The notes: generated by a model from the letters alone, not told the origin. A DNA stretch of 64,000 nt from Azolla caroliniana (GCA_043228905.1 JBHGNT010000006.1:22072001-22136000), one strand, 5' to 3'; numbered from the stretch's first letter, positions 12,878 to 25,092 are shown. Numbers and translations: made by a program.

Positions 12878-14679
12878 CCAAACAGTTGTTAAAAATAAAA
12901 AAATAAAAATCAAATCAAATCAAAGTAAATCATGTAAGGGCGAGGTGTGAACGGACACATGCAAGAACAAGGAGTGAACATGCACTTTGAAAAGGTACGT
13001 TGTCGCGTTGTTACGCGCGTGCGTGTAGAAAGGCGAGACCATGGGGGTCTTGGACTAGGGAGTGACGGAGCGTAGGAAGTCATGCTTCACCCTTTCCGAG
13101 GCACCCTAGGAGCACACCGGAAGCAACCGAAGGGAGAGAGAGTGAGTGAGCAGGCAGGCAACATTGACTCTCGCACGAACATGTACATAAGCAAGAGAGA
13201 AACACTAAGACACACACACGCACACCAACAGAGACCCGAATATGCACAACCAAATGTATATGTATTTACAAGACCACGAGATTCAACACCGACTTCAAGC
13301 CGGACCTAGGTCGCATGAGATACAACCGTTGTCTACTGCCAAGCCGCCGGTCGGGGAGCTCTCGGGCTTGTCGTGCCGAGCGGGGTCTTGCACAGAGTAC
13401 AGGGCAGAAAACTAGACGCTAGATGCCAAGGCTCGACGCACGGAAGGACGAAGAAGAAGAAGAAGAAGAAGAAGAAGAAACCCTAAAACAAGAGAGAGAA
13501 AGAGAGAATGTCTCTCCGTCTAACGGTATACCCTGCTAATACAAAATGGGCAACCCTTCTACAAGGGACCATCCCTTCCTTTTATAGAATAAGGAGAGGG
13601 ATGCGTTACAATGTGGGATAAATCCCGATTTACATGGGATTCTTCGTCCCGACTTAACTCCTATTATTCACACAATTACACGAGGGTGAGTGCACATGGT
13701 GCACCTCGCCGATGTAGCCAATATTTCCCAGTTTCTGCCTCTGGACGAAATTCTTCACGACATCCACCCCCACCTAACCGCACGTCCACCGGTACGTGCC
13801 AAATCTGGTGAAGGGTAAGAGATTTCGGCCGGTGAGAAACCGATCTTCCGTAATCTACATCCCGGCTCGCTGTCGGTTTGAACCGTCGGCTTCGGTTCTC
13901 CCTTCACGCTTACCTCCCCGTAGGCTCGTTCGACCCGTCGATGGGTCCTTCACCGCGATCTCTGTAGTACGTGTACTTCCGCTGGCCCTTGTTTGGCCGT
14001 ATGCACGCTCCGTTCTCCGTCGTATGCCTGATGTCCTCCGCTTGAGGAACGCCTGTGGTGGCCCGCATGGCCTCCGTTGACCATTCGTGTTGTCCTGATT
14101 GCCGTCCCATGTTGTTTCACGTTGCCTTCGTCCTCTCGCCGCCACCTTCCTTCTCCATGGTCTTACGTCGTCGTGTCGGCTCGAACCGCCATGGTCTCCG
14201 GAACGGTGTAGAGGATCCTTCTTTGGCCTTCTACGCGCTACCTTCGAACCGCGCTACCCATCTTCACGCTCGTCTTTCCGATCCGGCACCTCCATGTGCC
14301 ACATATCCTCCTCCGTTGTTTGGCACTGCCTGTGTCGCACTCCGGTTCTTTGCACGCCTTGTCGGCCCCTTTCCCGGCCAGATCGTGCATTGCTGCTCAT
14401 CCGCATACCGGTGTCCTCCGCATCCGAGGAACACCCCGTAGTAGCCCGCTTGGCCCTTCCCGTTTTGCGCTGCTGCAACAGGTCCTGAGTCTTCCGCTTC
14501 CTTCGTTCGGCACCGTTCGTGCCGAACACCGTCCCGTAGTCACGCTTCGATCTGGCTCTTTCCGAAACCATAGCCGGCCGGTAAGGGTTTCGCACTTTGT
14601 CTGCCCCCCGTCTTACCGACTCCCGATCCGTTATCTCGTGTCGTCGGGTCCCGTTCCCTACCGCCACCGTCCTTCTCCC

Positions 14680-15955
14680 TAGGTCTCACGTTGCCACGTT
14701 GGCCGAACTATCGGAGTCTCCGGATCGGTGTGAGGGTCCCATAGGACCGGACTCCATTTCTCTGCTTGCCGAAATTCGGGTGTCTTCTGTCAGAGTCCTT
14801 CGCAACTCTCCTCGTGTCTTCCGCGTAGCCGGGTCCCGCCTTCCTATTGCTGGGTCCCGTTTCCCGCCGCCACCAACCTTCTCTCTCGGTCTCATGTTGC
14901 CATGTTGGCCGAACTGCCGAAGTCTCCGGTTCGGTGTGGGGATCCCGTAGGACTTGACTTCCTTATGCCCACTGACCTTGCCGGAAGATTTGAGATGGTC
15001 CGTAGCTGCCTCGCCGGCCTCATACCTCCTTGTCGTTCGTCGCTTCCTGTCGTCCGATAACGTTCACCTGCCACCACCGATCTCTCCTATAGGACTCACA
15101 CCGGCACTCAGGCCAACCGCCGGATCGGTGTGAGGATCTTCGTGGGACCTCCAACCTTCTGGCTTCGGTTGCCCACCTTGCCGCCGCCACCATTCCTTAC
15201 TCTAGGTCTCACGCCTCCTCTTGTCGTTGGCTGCCAGAGTCTCTAGAACCGGTGTGTATAAGGTCGCAATTGCACCGCTCTGCGTTCGTCGTCCTCTTCT
15301 GTTGGTCACGTCCACCTGCTGCCACCGATCTCTCCTATTGGACTCACGCCGGCATTCGGGCCGACAACCTGATCGGTGTGAGGATCTCCGTAGACCGCCC
15401 ATTCGTAGCCCTTTGCCTTCGTCCCCTCGCTACCACCGATCGTCACTCTAGGTCTCACACCGGCTCTCGGGCCAACCGTCGGAGTCTCTGGATCCGGTGT
15501 GAAGGATCCTCCTCGGGCTCGTCGTATCCTTGACCCTTATCCGAGTCTTCCTTCTTTCGCAAGTCGAGAGGGTGGCTCGCTCCACACCCTCTCCTGTGGT
15601 ACCGACATACCGTGTTCCCAGCCTCTTCGTGGGCCTGCTCTCTTACTCCCTCCCGGAATGGTTTTCCGGAAGTCCGCTCCCCCCGGTTCTCGTCCGGGTC
15701 CGTCCGTCATTCTCTGGATTGCCGGGTCCCGTTCTCCTGTCGCCACCGATCTCTCCTATAGGACTCACGCCGGCACTCGGGCCGACAGCCAGATCGGTGT
15801 AAGGAACTTCGTAGACCGGCCTTCATTCTCCTCTTCATCCCCTGTACTTCTCCCGAACTCGTCGGCACTCTCCTTGCTGCGTTCCCGCCTCCATCTTCCA
15901 TCTCTTTCGGTCTCACGTTGCCACGTCGGCCGAACTGCCGAAGTCTCTGGATAGG
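14680..15955 (-). repeat. Dispersed internal repeats of the gag-only element
   Basis: GGTCTCACGTTGCCACGTTGGCCGAACT and GATCGGTGTGAGGATC blocks recur at ~14682, 14888, 15080-15140, 15325-15390, 15745-15810, 15909. Confidence 0.75.
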
Positions 15956-16754
15956 ATGTGGTCGTAACTAATTTCTCAACGTCTTTCGGCGACTCATCCG
16001 GGCCACCGCCCCTTTTAGTGGTGTCGGTGGATAGCATCCGCTCTGTGATCAATCAAGCCCCACCTGAGCTTGATTCTCCAATGTCCGGAGTTTCAGCTCC
16101 GATGCCGACCTTGCCAGACTCGTTCCGAACCTTTGATCACCTTCCTTCCAATTCCCGACCTTCGCTCGATCGGTCTTTCTCCCCATGTAAAAGAGGGCGG
16201 CTCATCCCACACCCTCTCCCGTATTGGCACCTTTATGCCGAATCCGGCCCCGATCAAACAATCCACGACCGGATTACGCTCCACCCGTATCGGAGCATCG
16301 CGCAGTTCGGTCCCCGGTCGGGTCGTTCCTTGGTCTCTTCGTCGACCTAGTCGCTGGCCATCTCCAATCCATCTTCGCTGACATCGTGCCAGGACTCCTC
16401 AGTACCGCCATCCATCTCCTCGGTCTTACATGGGAATACGGGCTCGAATGCTGAGTTCTCCGGAATCGGGTCTGGGGGCTTTCGTCCGCTCCTTCCCCGT
16501 ATCGTCTCGTCGGTGATTCTTGGTCTCTCGCCGTCGCCTTCCTCTGCTTGGGACTCACGTGGGCACTCGGGCCCGACTGCCATCGTCTCGGGAGCAAGTG
16601 TGGGAAGGCTCAAAGAATCGCCCATCCGGTTTACGCCCTTGTCCGTAGCCACCGGCTCTTCGTGGTCGGCGGTCGTCTCCTTACCGATCGCGCAAGCCCC
16701 GTCTGGGCTTGCTTCTCCAATGACCGGAGTTTCGGTCTGACACGTTCGACACCG

Positions 16755-17604
16755 CTAGTTCCAACGTTCCGATCCCGCGATCGGTATCTCGGCCTCCTCC
16801 TTGACCGTTCTATCTCCGCAAGTTGAGAGGGCATTTTGTTCCGCACCCTCTCCCGTGGTACCGTCGTACCGATCTTCCATCATCGCGTGGGGCAAGTCCG
16901 TCTCCTCAGTCTCAGCTTGCGGCCTCGATCTTTCCTCTTCCTCGAGCATCGCCTCGAGAGCTGCGTACACCTCCGCAATCCTGGCCCCAACACCGACTCT
17001 TGCCGACTCTTCCGACCTTCGACTCTTCCGACTCTTGCCGTTGGCACACCCTTCCGACCTTCGACCAGTCCTCTGTAAGCCCATTCGCTCCGTCATCGTC
17101 TTCGAGCTCTATCCTGGTGGCCTCCCATTCCGCTCGATCGATCGACCTGACGAACAATAGGACTTTGTCTGCCCCCACCAAACCTTGTTCCCGCTTCGGG
17201 AGCCGAGCAAGCCGTCGCTTGAACTCTCAGAACGCCTTCGTCGCTCCCCGGTGGGTCTTTGCCAATGCTACCCACTGGTCGAAGTCGTGCCGTCCCCGGC
17301 TCTTCCGCCATCCTCCATATGCCTGTAGGAGCGCCTCTTCAAAGGCCTCCCACGAACTATGAGCTTGTCGGAGCTCCTTCACTTCCGCGTGCGTACAGAC
17401 GGCGACAGCCCGACAAAAGAACTCCAGCCTCAACGCTTCGTCCACGTCTCGCTCCTCCATTTCCATGTTGTAGGCTTCCAAGTAAGATGGGACTTTGTCC
17501 CCGTTGAAACGGACGACTCTTTCGACCACTCGCTCAACTGCTTGTTGCGCTGCTTCTCGCCTCATCACCACTCGTGCCGACTCCAACACCACTTCGACCA
17601 CCAT
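16755..17604 (-). pseudogene. Retrotransposon gag-like protein (degenerate)
   Basis: RFNGDKVPSYLEAY..LRLEFFCRAV..SWEAFEEALLQAYG resembles Ty3 capsid motifs; lies just downstream of the PBS-like site. Confidence 0.65.
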
Positions 17605-18415
17605 CGCCGCGAGGTCATCGTCTTCGGACTCTATCCTCCATTGCCGCCTTCCACGTCGAGGTAACCAAAGATGTCGCGGAAATACAACGAGGATACGTGA
17701 ACTTTGAGGCAGGACCCCGGGGCCTCCGACCGGAAGATATCAGATTCGTATGATTATATTAAACAATTAATACAAAATGATAAAGATTCACTAATTTCAT
17801 TAATAAAGGGAAAGAAAGATTACAATCAATCTCAAGATTGAGATTACAAAAGTTTTATCTTAAGGAGATTGCTAGAATAATATATTAGAAGAAACTAAGA
17901 TATGGATTCCATAGAGATTTAGGGTTCTTGGCTTTGATAAGAGATTATGGTTATATGAGTATTATGGCTTCCGTGGGGAAGATTAGCGTTTTTTAGTGTT
18001 ATGGCTTCCGTAGGGAAGATTAGGATTAGGTTATATGAGTTATGGATTAGCGTTTTTGAGTGTTATGGCTTCCCTAAGATAAGGGAACGAAGAAGGAAAA
18101 GCAAAATAATGGAGAGCCTGAGTGTAGGAAAAAAAATGGAATTTTATATGGAGTTCTCCCTTGATCATAGCCTTTCCACTTTTTGTTGCATGGCCTCTAC
18201 TTTTAGTTGCTTAGCTTTTTCTTTTAGTTGCATCTATTTTTAGTTGCATGGCTTTTTCGTTTAGTTGCATGTGACCGTCCACATGACCTTTACTTTTTGC
18301 ATGCACTCCAACTTTAGTTGCTTGCGTCCACATGGCCTTTACTTTAGTTCTCTTCATTTTACTTTAGTTTGTTGCATGATCTAATCTTCCGTCCGTCCGC
18401 GTCCAACCTCGTCCG

Positions 18416-18900
18416 GTAGCCGGTTCCGCCCGATCGCCGAATCCCTCGCCAGCCGGTTCCATTTTGCTTGCCGGTTGCGGTTCCGGTTTTGCTTACCGGT
18501 CGGTTTTTGGTTTCGCTTGCCAGACGGTTCCGATTCTGGTTTTGCTTGCCGACCGATTCCGGTTCCGGTTCCGGTTTTGCTTATCGGCCGGTTTCCGGTT
18601 TTGCTTGCCGACCGGTTCCGATTTTGCTTGTCGGCCGATTCCGGTTCCGGTTTTGCTTACCGGTCGGTTTCTGGTTTTGCTTGCCGGTTCCAATTCTGGT
18701 TTTCTTGCCTGTTCTAGTTCCGATTTTGCTTTCCGGCCGATTCCAGTGCTAGTTTGCTTGCCAGTTCCGGTTCCGGTTTTGCTTACCAGCCGGTTTCCGG
18801 TTTGCATACCGGTCGGTTTCTGGGTTTGCTTACCGGACTGGTTTCCGGATTTGCTTACCGGCCGGTTTCCGGATTTGTTTACCGACCGGTTTCCGATTTT
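18416..18900. repeat. Minisatellite of CCGGTT/TTTTGCTT motifs inside the 17672-19211 LTR
   Basis: Many copies of CCGGTTTTGCTT(G/A)CC; explains ORFs 18464..18928 and 18493..18921. Confidence 0.9.
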
Positions 18901-19315
18901 AGGGAATCTGGCCACCATCATCCATTAAGACAAAGTGGCCAAAGTGCTCTTAGCACAAATGAAAAATGAGGGAGCTCAAGGTGCTTATATAGCCAGGGCC
19001 TTAACTTTCCTATCTATGTGGGATAGTTCTAATTTCCCTATCTTCTCAAACTTTATTTTCACATAACTTGATATGTATTTCTCCATTTTGTATATAGTAA
19101 AAACGTTTTGAAGCTCTTGAGTATATCCATCTTTCTATAGTAAGCTACTAATCTAATCTATAATAATTATTTCATTATTTTTTTACATAGTGTGTGAAGA
19201 TTCACACAACAACGTAGTGGACTATTAATAGGGTATTAAACCGCCGCCACATGGCACGACATTCTATTTTAGTACACGACGTGCACACGCACGGGTAAGA
19301 AAAACAGGCGCTAAC

Positions 19316-22308
19316 ATGCAGCAAGAAAACCCCCACCGCATAGATGTCTTGACATTTCGCGAACAGAGGAGCACAAACGCAGACAGGCGATTGAAGATCA
19401 TCAGACGCGAGCCCACGCATACAGAGCCTCCTCACACACACCCCTCACCAACGCTCACCGACCTCGAAGAAGACATGGACTGCCAAGCACTCTCTGAAGC
19501 AGCCAAGAAGTGGCTAAGGCAACACGGGTTAGAAGGGTTCCTCACGATCATGGAGGCGCCACCACATCGGGAGGCGGAGAAGATAGTAAAAGAAATCAAC
19601 ACAGAACTGATCACGGAGCAGGCCATCCATGCGTTGATCGGCCTTCCGGAGGGGGGCATCTTCACGATCGACAACCCTACCCCGGAGCAGCTCCGAAAAT
19701 ATTTTGGCGAATACTCTCTGGCCAACAAGGCCTACAAGACACAGGGCGGCGAAGATACATTATTTCGGGAAATTGCCCGTGTACTCCATGAATTTGGACA
19801 TGTATACCCTCGACCCCCGTGCATGCCTCAGAACCGAGCCAGCTTAATCATAGCAACGTATGAAGACGTGAAGGTGGACTGGGCGGTACTAATTGCGGAT
19901 GGCCTCTGTGCGGCCATCGACTCTGTAAGAGGCAAGGAGGATCGGAAAATATGGATGGTCGTGGCGCAATGGCTCACCCTACTGGCGCCACCTATCGAGC
20001 CCGCCAAGACCACAAAGTGGGGGAGAACTACCAAAGGCACCCCAAAAACGGCTTCGAAACGGCAGTAGTTAATGGCCTCTAAGGCATCGAAAGGGAAGGC
20101 AGCCGACATGGACAAGGCGGCAAAAGAGCGCACCAATCGGAAGCGGCAGACGGAAACGCAGGAGGAGACATCGGCACAGCCAACCAAGATCAGACTTCAC
20201 CGACCGGTGCAACAAGAGCCAGACCCCTTGGCAGCAAAAATCAACATCGGAACTCAAGAGGAGGAAGCGGAGGAGCAACCGTTAGAGCACCTCCAGCGGC
20301 GCCAGAAGGCAAGCACCTTAGAACAGGTGGGGGAGCGTTCGGACCCAAAGAAGGATGGAACGCCTCTACCCCGCACTGAGCACCCCGCACCAAGGGTGGA
20401 ACCAGAACCGGTTTGGACAGAACCGGTCATAGAGCTCCCTAGATAACAAGCTATACCGGCGGGTCAGGATACGACAAGACTCGAAAGTCAAGCGTCAGTA
20501 GTACAGTTGCCTCCCGCATCGGCAGGTCAAGAGCAATCAGAGGCGGAGCGGCTAACGGAGGTGCAACCAGAACCAGAACGGCAAAGTGGTCACTAGCCAG
20601 AGCTAGAGTTGCAGCTCGACGCAACCGGACAAGACCGACCACTGGCTAGCGGAACCAACAGCCAACCCTCCGTGCAGACGCAACAACAGGGTACCGGTAG
20701 CCAATGGCTCCGATGGATTGGGGAACAGATTGCCGGAGTGGTGCACTACATAGAGGAGGAAGAGAAAGCGCATATGGACTGGTTGCTAGTCACAACCGGA
20801 CAACTAGAGACGGCTTGGTCGAGGATCCGGAGCCTAGAACAACACTTAGACCTAACCACAGAAGAATTGGCCAAAATGGCCTTACCCGAACCATAGATCG
20901 AAGCACGGGTGACTCCGGTAGATGTACGGAATAAAGACACACCAGCACCTGTACATAGTAATAAGATCCCGAAGACGGAACCAGTCTCGGAGACAGTGGC
21001 AACGCAAGCAAAAGAGCTTGCCGAGTTGAAAGATGAATTGGCGGCACAAGAAGCATTACGCACCCGCGAAAGGGACTTGAAGAAAGCGGCAGAAGAAGAA
21101 CTAAGAAAGACTGTTGAGAACCTCCGCTGGGCAGAAGAGAATCTGCGGAAAGGACATCAGGCATATGACCGGCTTAAGGAAAAGAAAGAGAGAGTGCTAC
21201 AAGAAAAGGATAAGCTGCGACAAATGGCGGAAACGGAGATTGAAAGACTTAAGGAAGAACTCCATCAACAGAAAGATCAGGAAGACCGCGCTCGCAGGCA
21301 ACTCACCCAGAAGCTGAAGCTGAAGACTGACGATTTTGAGCACCTACACCAGGACTATAAACACCTGGATACGAATCATAAGAAGCAGTAGGAGAAGATG
21401 GCAGAGCTCCGGTAGGAAGTTCATCAGGCCAAGACAGTGTTGGCTGAAGAACGGGCGGAAAGAACAACGCTACTAGAGGAAGCCGCACTGGAACGTATGG
21501 AGCTCCATAATCAACATTATGAAGAAAAGGAAAGAGCGACAATGGTATTGCAGAGGTTGCTGACCACCTACCAAAACCAATTGTCACATTACCGGGAGCA
21601 GGAGGCGGACACGGTGGCGTTGATCAAGCAATTGAAGGAAGAACGGCAAGCCACAGAGGACAAAGCGAAGATGGGACTTGAGTGGATCCAGTTCATTGTC
21701 CGGGCATATAGGAACAAGACAAAACGCTTGATTGACGAAAGCTCCATGCAATGGTGGGACAAATGGGCAAAGCACACAGCCGAGCTCCAATTGCTGAGGG
21801 CGGACATGGAAAACTGGCAGAAGGATGGCGACGACTGCTACATGCTAACAAAGGAGGACTTCACCGCCGTAAGAGATGAGTTAGCAGAAGACTTTGTAAC
21901 TCTGGCGGAGGAACAGTCAACAGTGGTCCGGCAACTGGTAGCACAGCTGGACGATGATCAACTGGATGCTCAAATCCTGTTTGAAAGCTATGAGCGGACC
22001 AGGCTACGGCAAGAAGGAGCAAAGCAGGCGACGACCGTCAACCTCAGCGATGAGGAGCCATCGCCAGGGCAAGGACTGGACGGGAACAAGGCCGGGGCGA
22101 GTGAACCGGAGTCAAATCCGGCAGAGCAGCTGACAGAGGAATCACCGCCACAACCGCCGGTACCGGGAGCCGAACAGACGCCGCCTAAGGAGTAACAGTC
22201 GAAGGAGCCGGAGCCGGAGCAGCAGCAACCACAGCAACAACAACAGATTCCCGAATAACCATTGGACACCCTGGAGCAAAGTATTCTGGATATCTTGGAC
22301 GAAGGCTA
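19316..22308 (+). pseudogene. Extra (env-position) ORF of the gypsy element, ~1000 codons, coiled-coil rich, broken only by in-frame stops
   Basis: ORFs 19316, 20072, 20609, 20909 and 21437 are all in one frame; most breaks are TAG/TAA consistent with C>T at Gln codons; lies between INT and the 3' LTR. Confidence 0.8.
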
Positions 22309-23353
22309 AGGGCCCGATAGTGGGATTTGATATACAAGGTATTGTCCCACGAGCGTGCCATGTGTTACCCGCCAGCAAAGGAGTTAAAGACCAGAATATG
22401 AAACGGATTATTTATTCGGAATCTATTTTCATTAAGTAGTTTATGAGACGTGAACGGACAAACCAGAATCGGTATACCGATCCGAATCCGGACCGGTTCC
22501 GAATAGGTGCCGGTTGGCACCGTTTTGTACTCAGCACCAGTGACCTATATAAAGGCCCAGTTACAATGTAAAACTTTGACAGATAATTACTAGAGCTTTT
22601 TGTTTTATCTTTAACTGTTGATTACCATTCTGTACTAATTGTTCTATCGTACGCGTGTATCGAGTTTAATGCCATATTGCTAAGTAACCAATTAAGTCTG
22701 ATTAATCGTTGTGTCTTAAGTTATCTCGCTGTAACACCCCTTTGGTGAAGTGTCTTCCAAAGACACCCTGTGTTAGGCCATTGTCCGGCCCTAAGGATTA
22801 ACACATTTTGTGAGCTCCTTCAATGTAGCTCCAGTAGTCTTGCCCGACAAGGTATTGATGCATCTTGTATTCCCAAGATGCGAAGTTCGTTCTGTCGAGC
22901 TTCTCCGTTGAAAGAGTGCTTCCCATATGAGAATTCATGGTGGTTTCTTCTCTGTTGATGAGCCGGTTCTATTATTCTTCGGCGTGTAGCACCACACAAG
23001 AAATGAGGAGGATGATTAAGCAACCACACGCTCTGATACTATGTAACGAGGAGCAAGTGGGTGAGATGCATCGGAAGGACTATGTGTACGTAAGGAAAAA
23101 CAGAGACACAGTGAGAGACAGCTTAAGACAGAGATAACAATATATTACATCCAACAATAACAAAGTTACAAAGGGATGGTTCAAATACCAACTAAATTAG
23201 GGAAAGGGCCCTTTTGACTATTTACAAAACTAGCCTGGTATGTCCATGGCTAGTGTGAATCCTATTTCTATGGGAAGTTGAGTTCGATTCTCAACATAAG
23301 CTTTCATAGCCTAGTTGCAAAACAAACGTATTTAGTAACAAGTTTGAATGTAA

Positions 23354-23400
23354 GCTTTCATAGCTCAGTTGGTTCGAGCATTTGTTTTGTAAGCGAGAGG
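23354..23400 (+). pseudogene. Truncated tRNA-Thr (anticodon TGT, probably decayed CGT); T arm missing
   Basis: GCTTTCATAGCTCAGTTGGTTCGAGCATTTGTTTTGTAAGCGAGAGG followed directly by spacer. Confidence 0.7.
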
Positions 23401-23764
23401 CTTCTTTTATTTGATATCTATTTCATTCCATGGAAAGTAGTATATAGAAGCCAATTGTTGTGTGTACATAAAACTTGACGAAAGTGTCACTCCTATCTGC
23501 TAAGCATATCCAAATATTGTAAGCTCTCATAACTTGTTTGCATAGATCACCTATACTCTATTTGTAAGCTTTCAAAGCATCGTTGATATATAGCCGATTT
23601 GATTATTAAGGTCACTTAGTAATAACCTTGAATGTAAACTTTGATACCTTAGTTCGTTCAAGCACTTGTTTCTGGTAAGCAAGCTTATTTAGTAACAAGT
23701 TCGGGTGTAAGCTTTGATAGCAGACATCTGATGAATAACCTAGTTGGTACTAACTTGAATATAA

Positions 23765-23838
23765 GCTTTCATAGCTCAGTTGGTTAGAGCACCCGTTTAG
23801 TAAGCAGGAGGTCTTGAGTTCAACTCTCAATGAAAGCA
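23765..23838 (+). tRNA. tRNA-Thr(AGT), near-intact (one anticodon-stem mismatch)
   Basis: GCTTTCATAGCTCAGTTGGTTAGAGCACCCGTTTAGTAAGCAGGAGGTCTTGAGTTCAACTCTCAATGAAAGCA; acceptor GCTTTCA/TGAAAGC; T stem TTGAG/CTCAA; resembles plant cytosolic tRNA-Thr(AGT). Confidence 0.85.
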
Positions 23839-24351
23839 AACTCACTTTACTTAATATTTAAATTCGTGCATAGAAGGAAATGGACACAATCCAATTATTG
23901 ATGTTATTAAATACTTGACACGGTACTAAAACATAGATTTTTGCTGGAGGTCTTGAGTTCATCACTAAATGAAAGGAAAAACATTGTTTACGTGATATCT
24001 AAATTAGTCCATTGCAGAAAATAGATCGAATCCAATTGTTATTCTAATCTCAAATTTGATGTTGCGTTCAAACATATATTTTCAACATATGCAATATTTC
24101 TAAACATTTATAACTCGTTTGATTTGATTACCTATACTTTATTTATAAGCTTTCATAGTATAGTTGGTAAACAAATTTATTTCGTAACAAGTTTGAATGT
24201 AAGCTTTTATTGCACATTGGGAGATAACATAGTTAGCATAGTTGCTTCGAGCACCTATTTTTGGTAAACAAGCTTATTTAGTACTAAGTTTGGTTCTAAC
24301 CTTTGATGGTATGCCTGATGAATAAAATAGTTGGTAATAAACTGAATAAAT

Positions 24352-24425
24352 GTTGTCATAGCTCAAAAGGTTAGATCACTTGTTTAGTAAGCAGGAGGTC
24401 TTGAGTTCAACTCTCAATGAAAGCA
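24352..24425 (+). pseudogene. tRNA-Thr(AGT) pseudogene
   Basis: Intact 3' half; mutated acceptor 5' strand and A box (GTTGTCATAGCTCAAAAGG). Confidence 0.75.
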
Positions 24426-24837
24426 ACCACTCTCTTTACTTGATATCTAAATTAGCGCATAGAAGGAAATGGACAAAATCCAATTATTGATGTTATTAAA
24501 TACTTGACATTGCACTAAAGGATAGATTTTTGCGGGAGGTTTTTGGGTACATCACTAAATGAAAGCAAAAACTTTGTTTAGTTGTAATCTAAATTGGTAA
24601 GAAATAGACCTAATCCAATCATTCATGTTTATCTGATATTTGACGGTGCGCTCAAACACAGGTTTTGAGCATATGCAATATTTGTAAGCTTTTATAACTC
24701 ATTTCATCTTATTACCTATACTTTATTTATAAGCTTTCATAGCATATTTGGTAAACAAACGTATTTAGTAACAAGTTTGAATGTACGCTTTTATTGCACA
24801 CTTGTAGAGGATTGTTACTATGTAATTTTAAATGTAA

Positions 24838-24911
24838 GCTTTCATAGCTCAGTTGGTTAGACCACTTGTTTCGTAAGCGAAAGGTCTTGAGTTTAACTCT
24901 CAATGAACGCA
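24838..24911 (+). tRNA. tRNA-Thr(CGT), probably pseudogene
   Basis: Same body, anticodon loop TTCGTAA; T loop altered (GTTTAACT) and stem mismatches. Confidence 0.65.
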
Positions 24912-25092
24912 AATGCTTCTTTTATTTAATATCTAATTCATTCCATGGAAAGTAGTCGATAGAAGCCAATTGTTGTGTTTACATGAAACTTGATGAAGGT
25001 GTCATACCTATCTTATGAGCATATCCAAATATTGTAAACGCTCATAACTTGTTTGCACAGATCACCTATACTTTATTTGTAAGTTTTCATAG

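Larger units (their letters stand above)
13001..19211 (-). mobile_element. Non-autonomous gag-only LTR element with two dissimilar LTRs (3' LTR 13001-13762; 5' LTR 17672-19211)
   Basis: TSD ACGT at 12997-13000 and 19212-19215; both LTRs begin TGTCGCG on the + strand; PPT GGTGGGGGTGGA (minus) at 13763-13774; PBS-like TGGTTACCTCG (minus) next to 17672; gag-like ORF; no pol seen. Confidence 0.7.
1703..22803 (+). mobile_element. Ty3/gypsy non-chromovirus (Athila/Tat-side lineage) with a 3' extra ORF and two nested insertions
   Basis: LTRs 1703-2133 and 22363-22803 (TGTTACCC..GGATTAACA); TSD TATTT/CATTT whose removal restores the host gag frame; PBS TGGCGACCACG at 2141 (tRNA-Arg-like); order gag-AP-RT-RH-INT. 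Confidence 0.9.
705..23296 (-). mobile_element. Ty1/copia element A, outermost host of the nest: 5' LTR 23042-23296, PBS-Met, gag broken into three pieces, 3' part lost
   Basis: LTR TG..CA; PBS (T)AGTATCAGAGCG at ~23029-23041; gag MNSHMGSTLSTEKLDRTNFASWEYKMHQYL..GAHK (from 22938) rejoins in frame to IQPNSTHADYPAWE..CLASCVHDH..RKLQLRQELNNL (1702-1233) and continues at 764-705. Confidence 0.85.

Noticed and set aside
12933-13859. Alternative LTR boundaries TGTAAGGG..TCTACA
   Set aside because: No TSD or partner; 13001-13762 has the TSD, the terminal motif and an adjacent PPT.
13763-16750. Many overlapping GC-rich ORFs as host genes or a hidden pol
   Set aside because: No RT, RNase H, integrase or other recognisable motifs; the ORFs arise from GC-rich internal repeats.
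17655-17671. Assigning a primer tRNA or self-priming to the PBS-like TGGTTACCTCG
   Set aside because: I could not match it to a tRNA 3' end or find a complementary site in either LTR.
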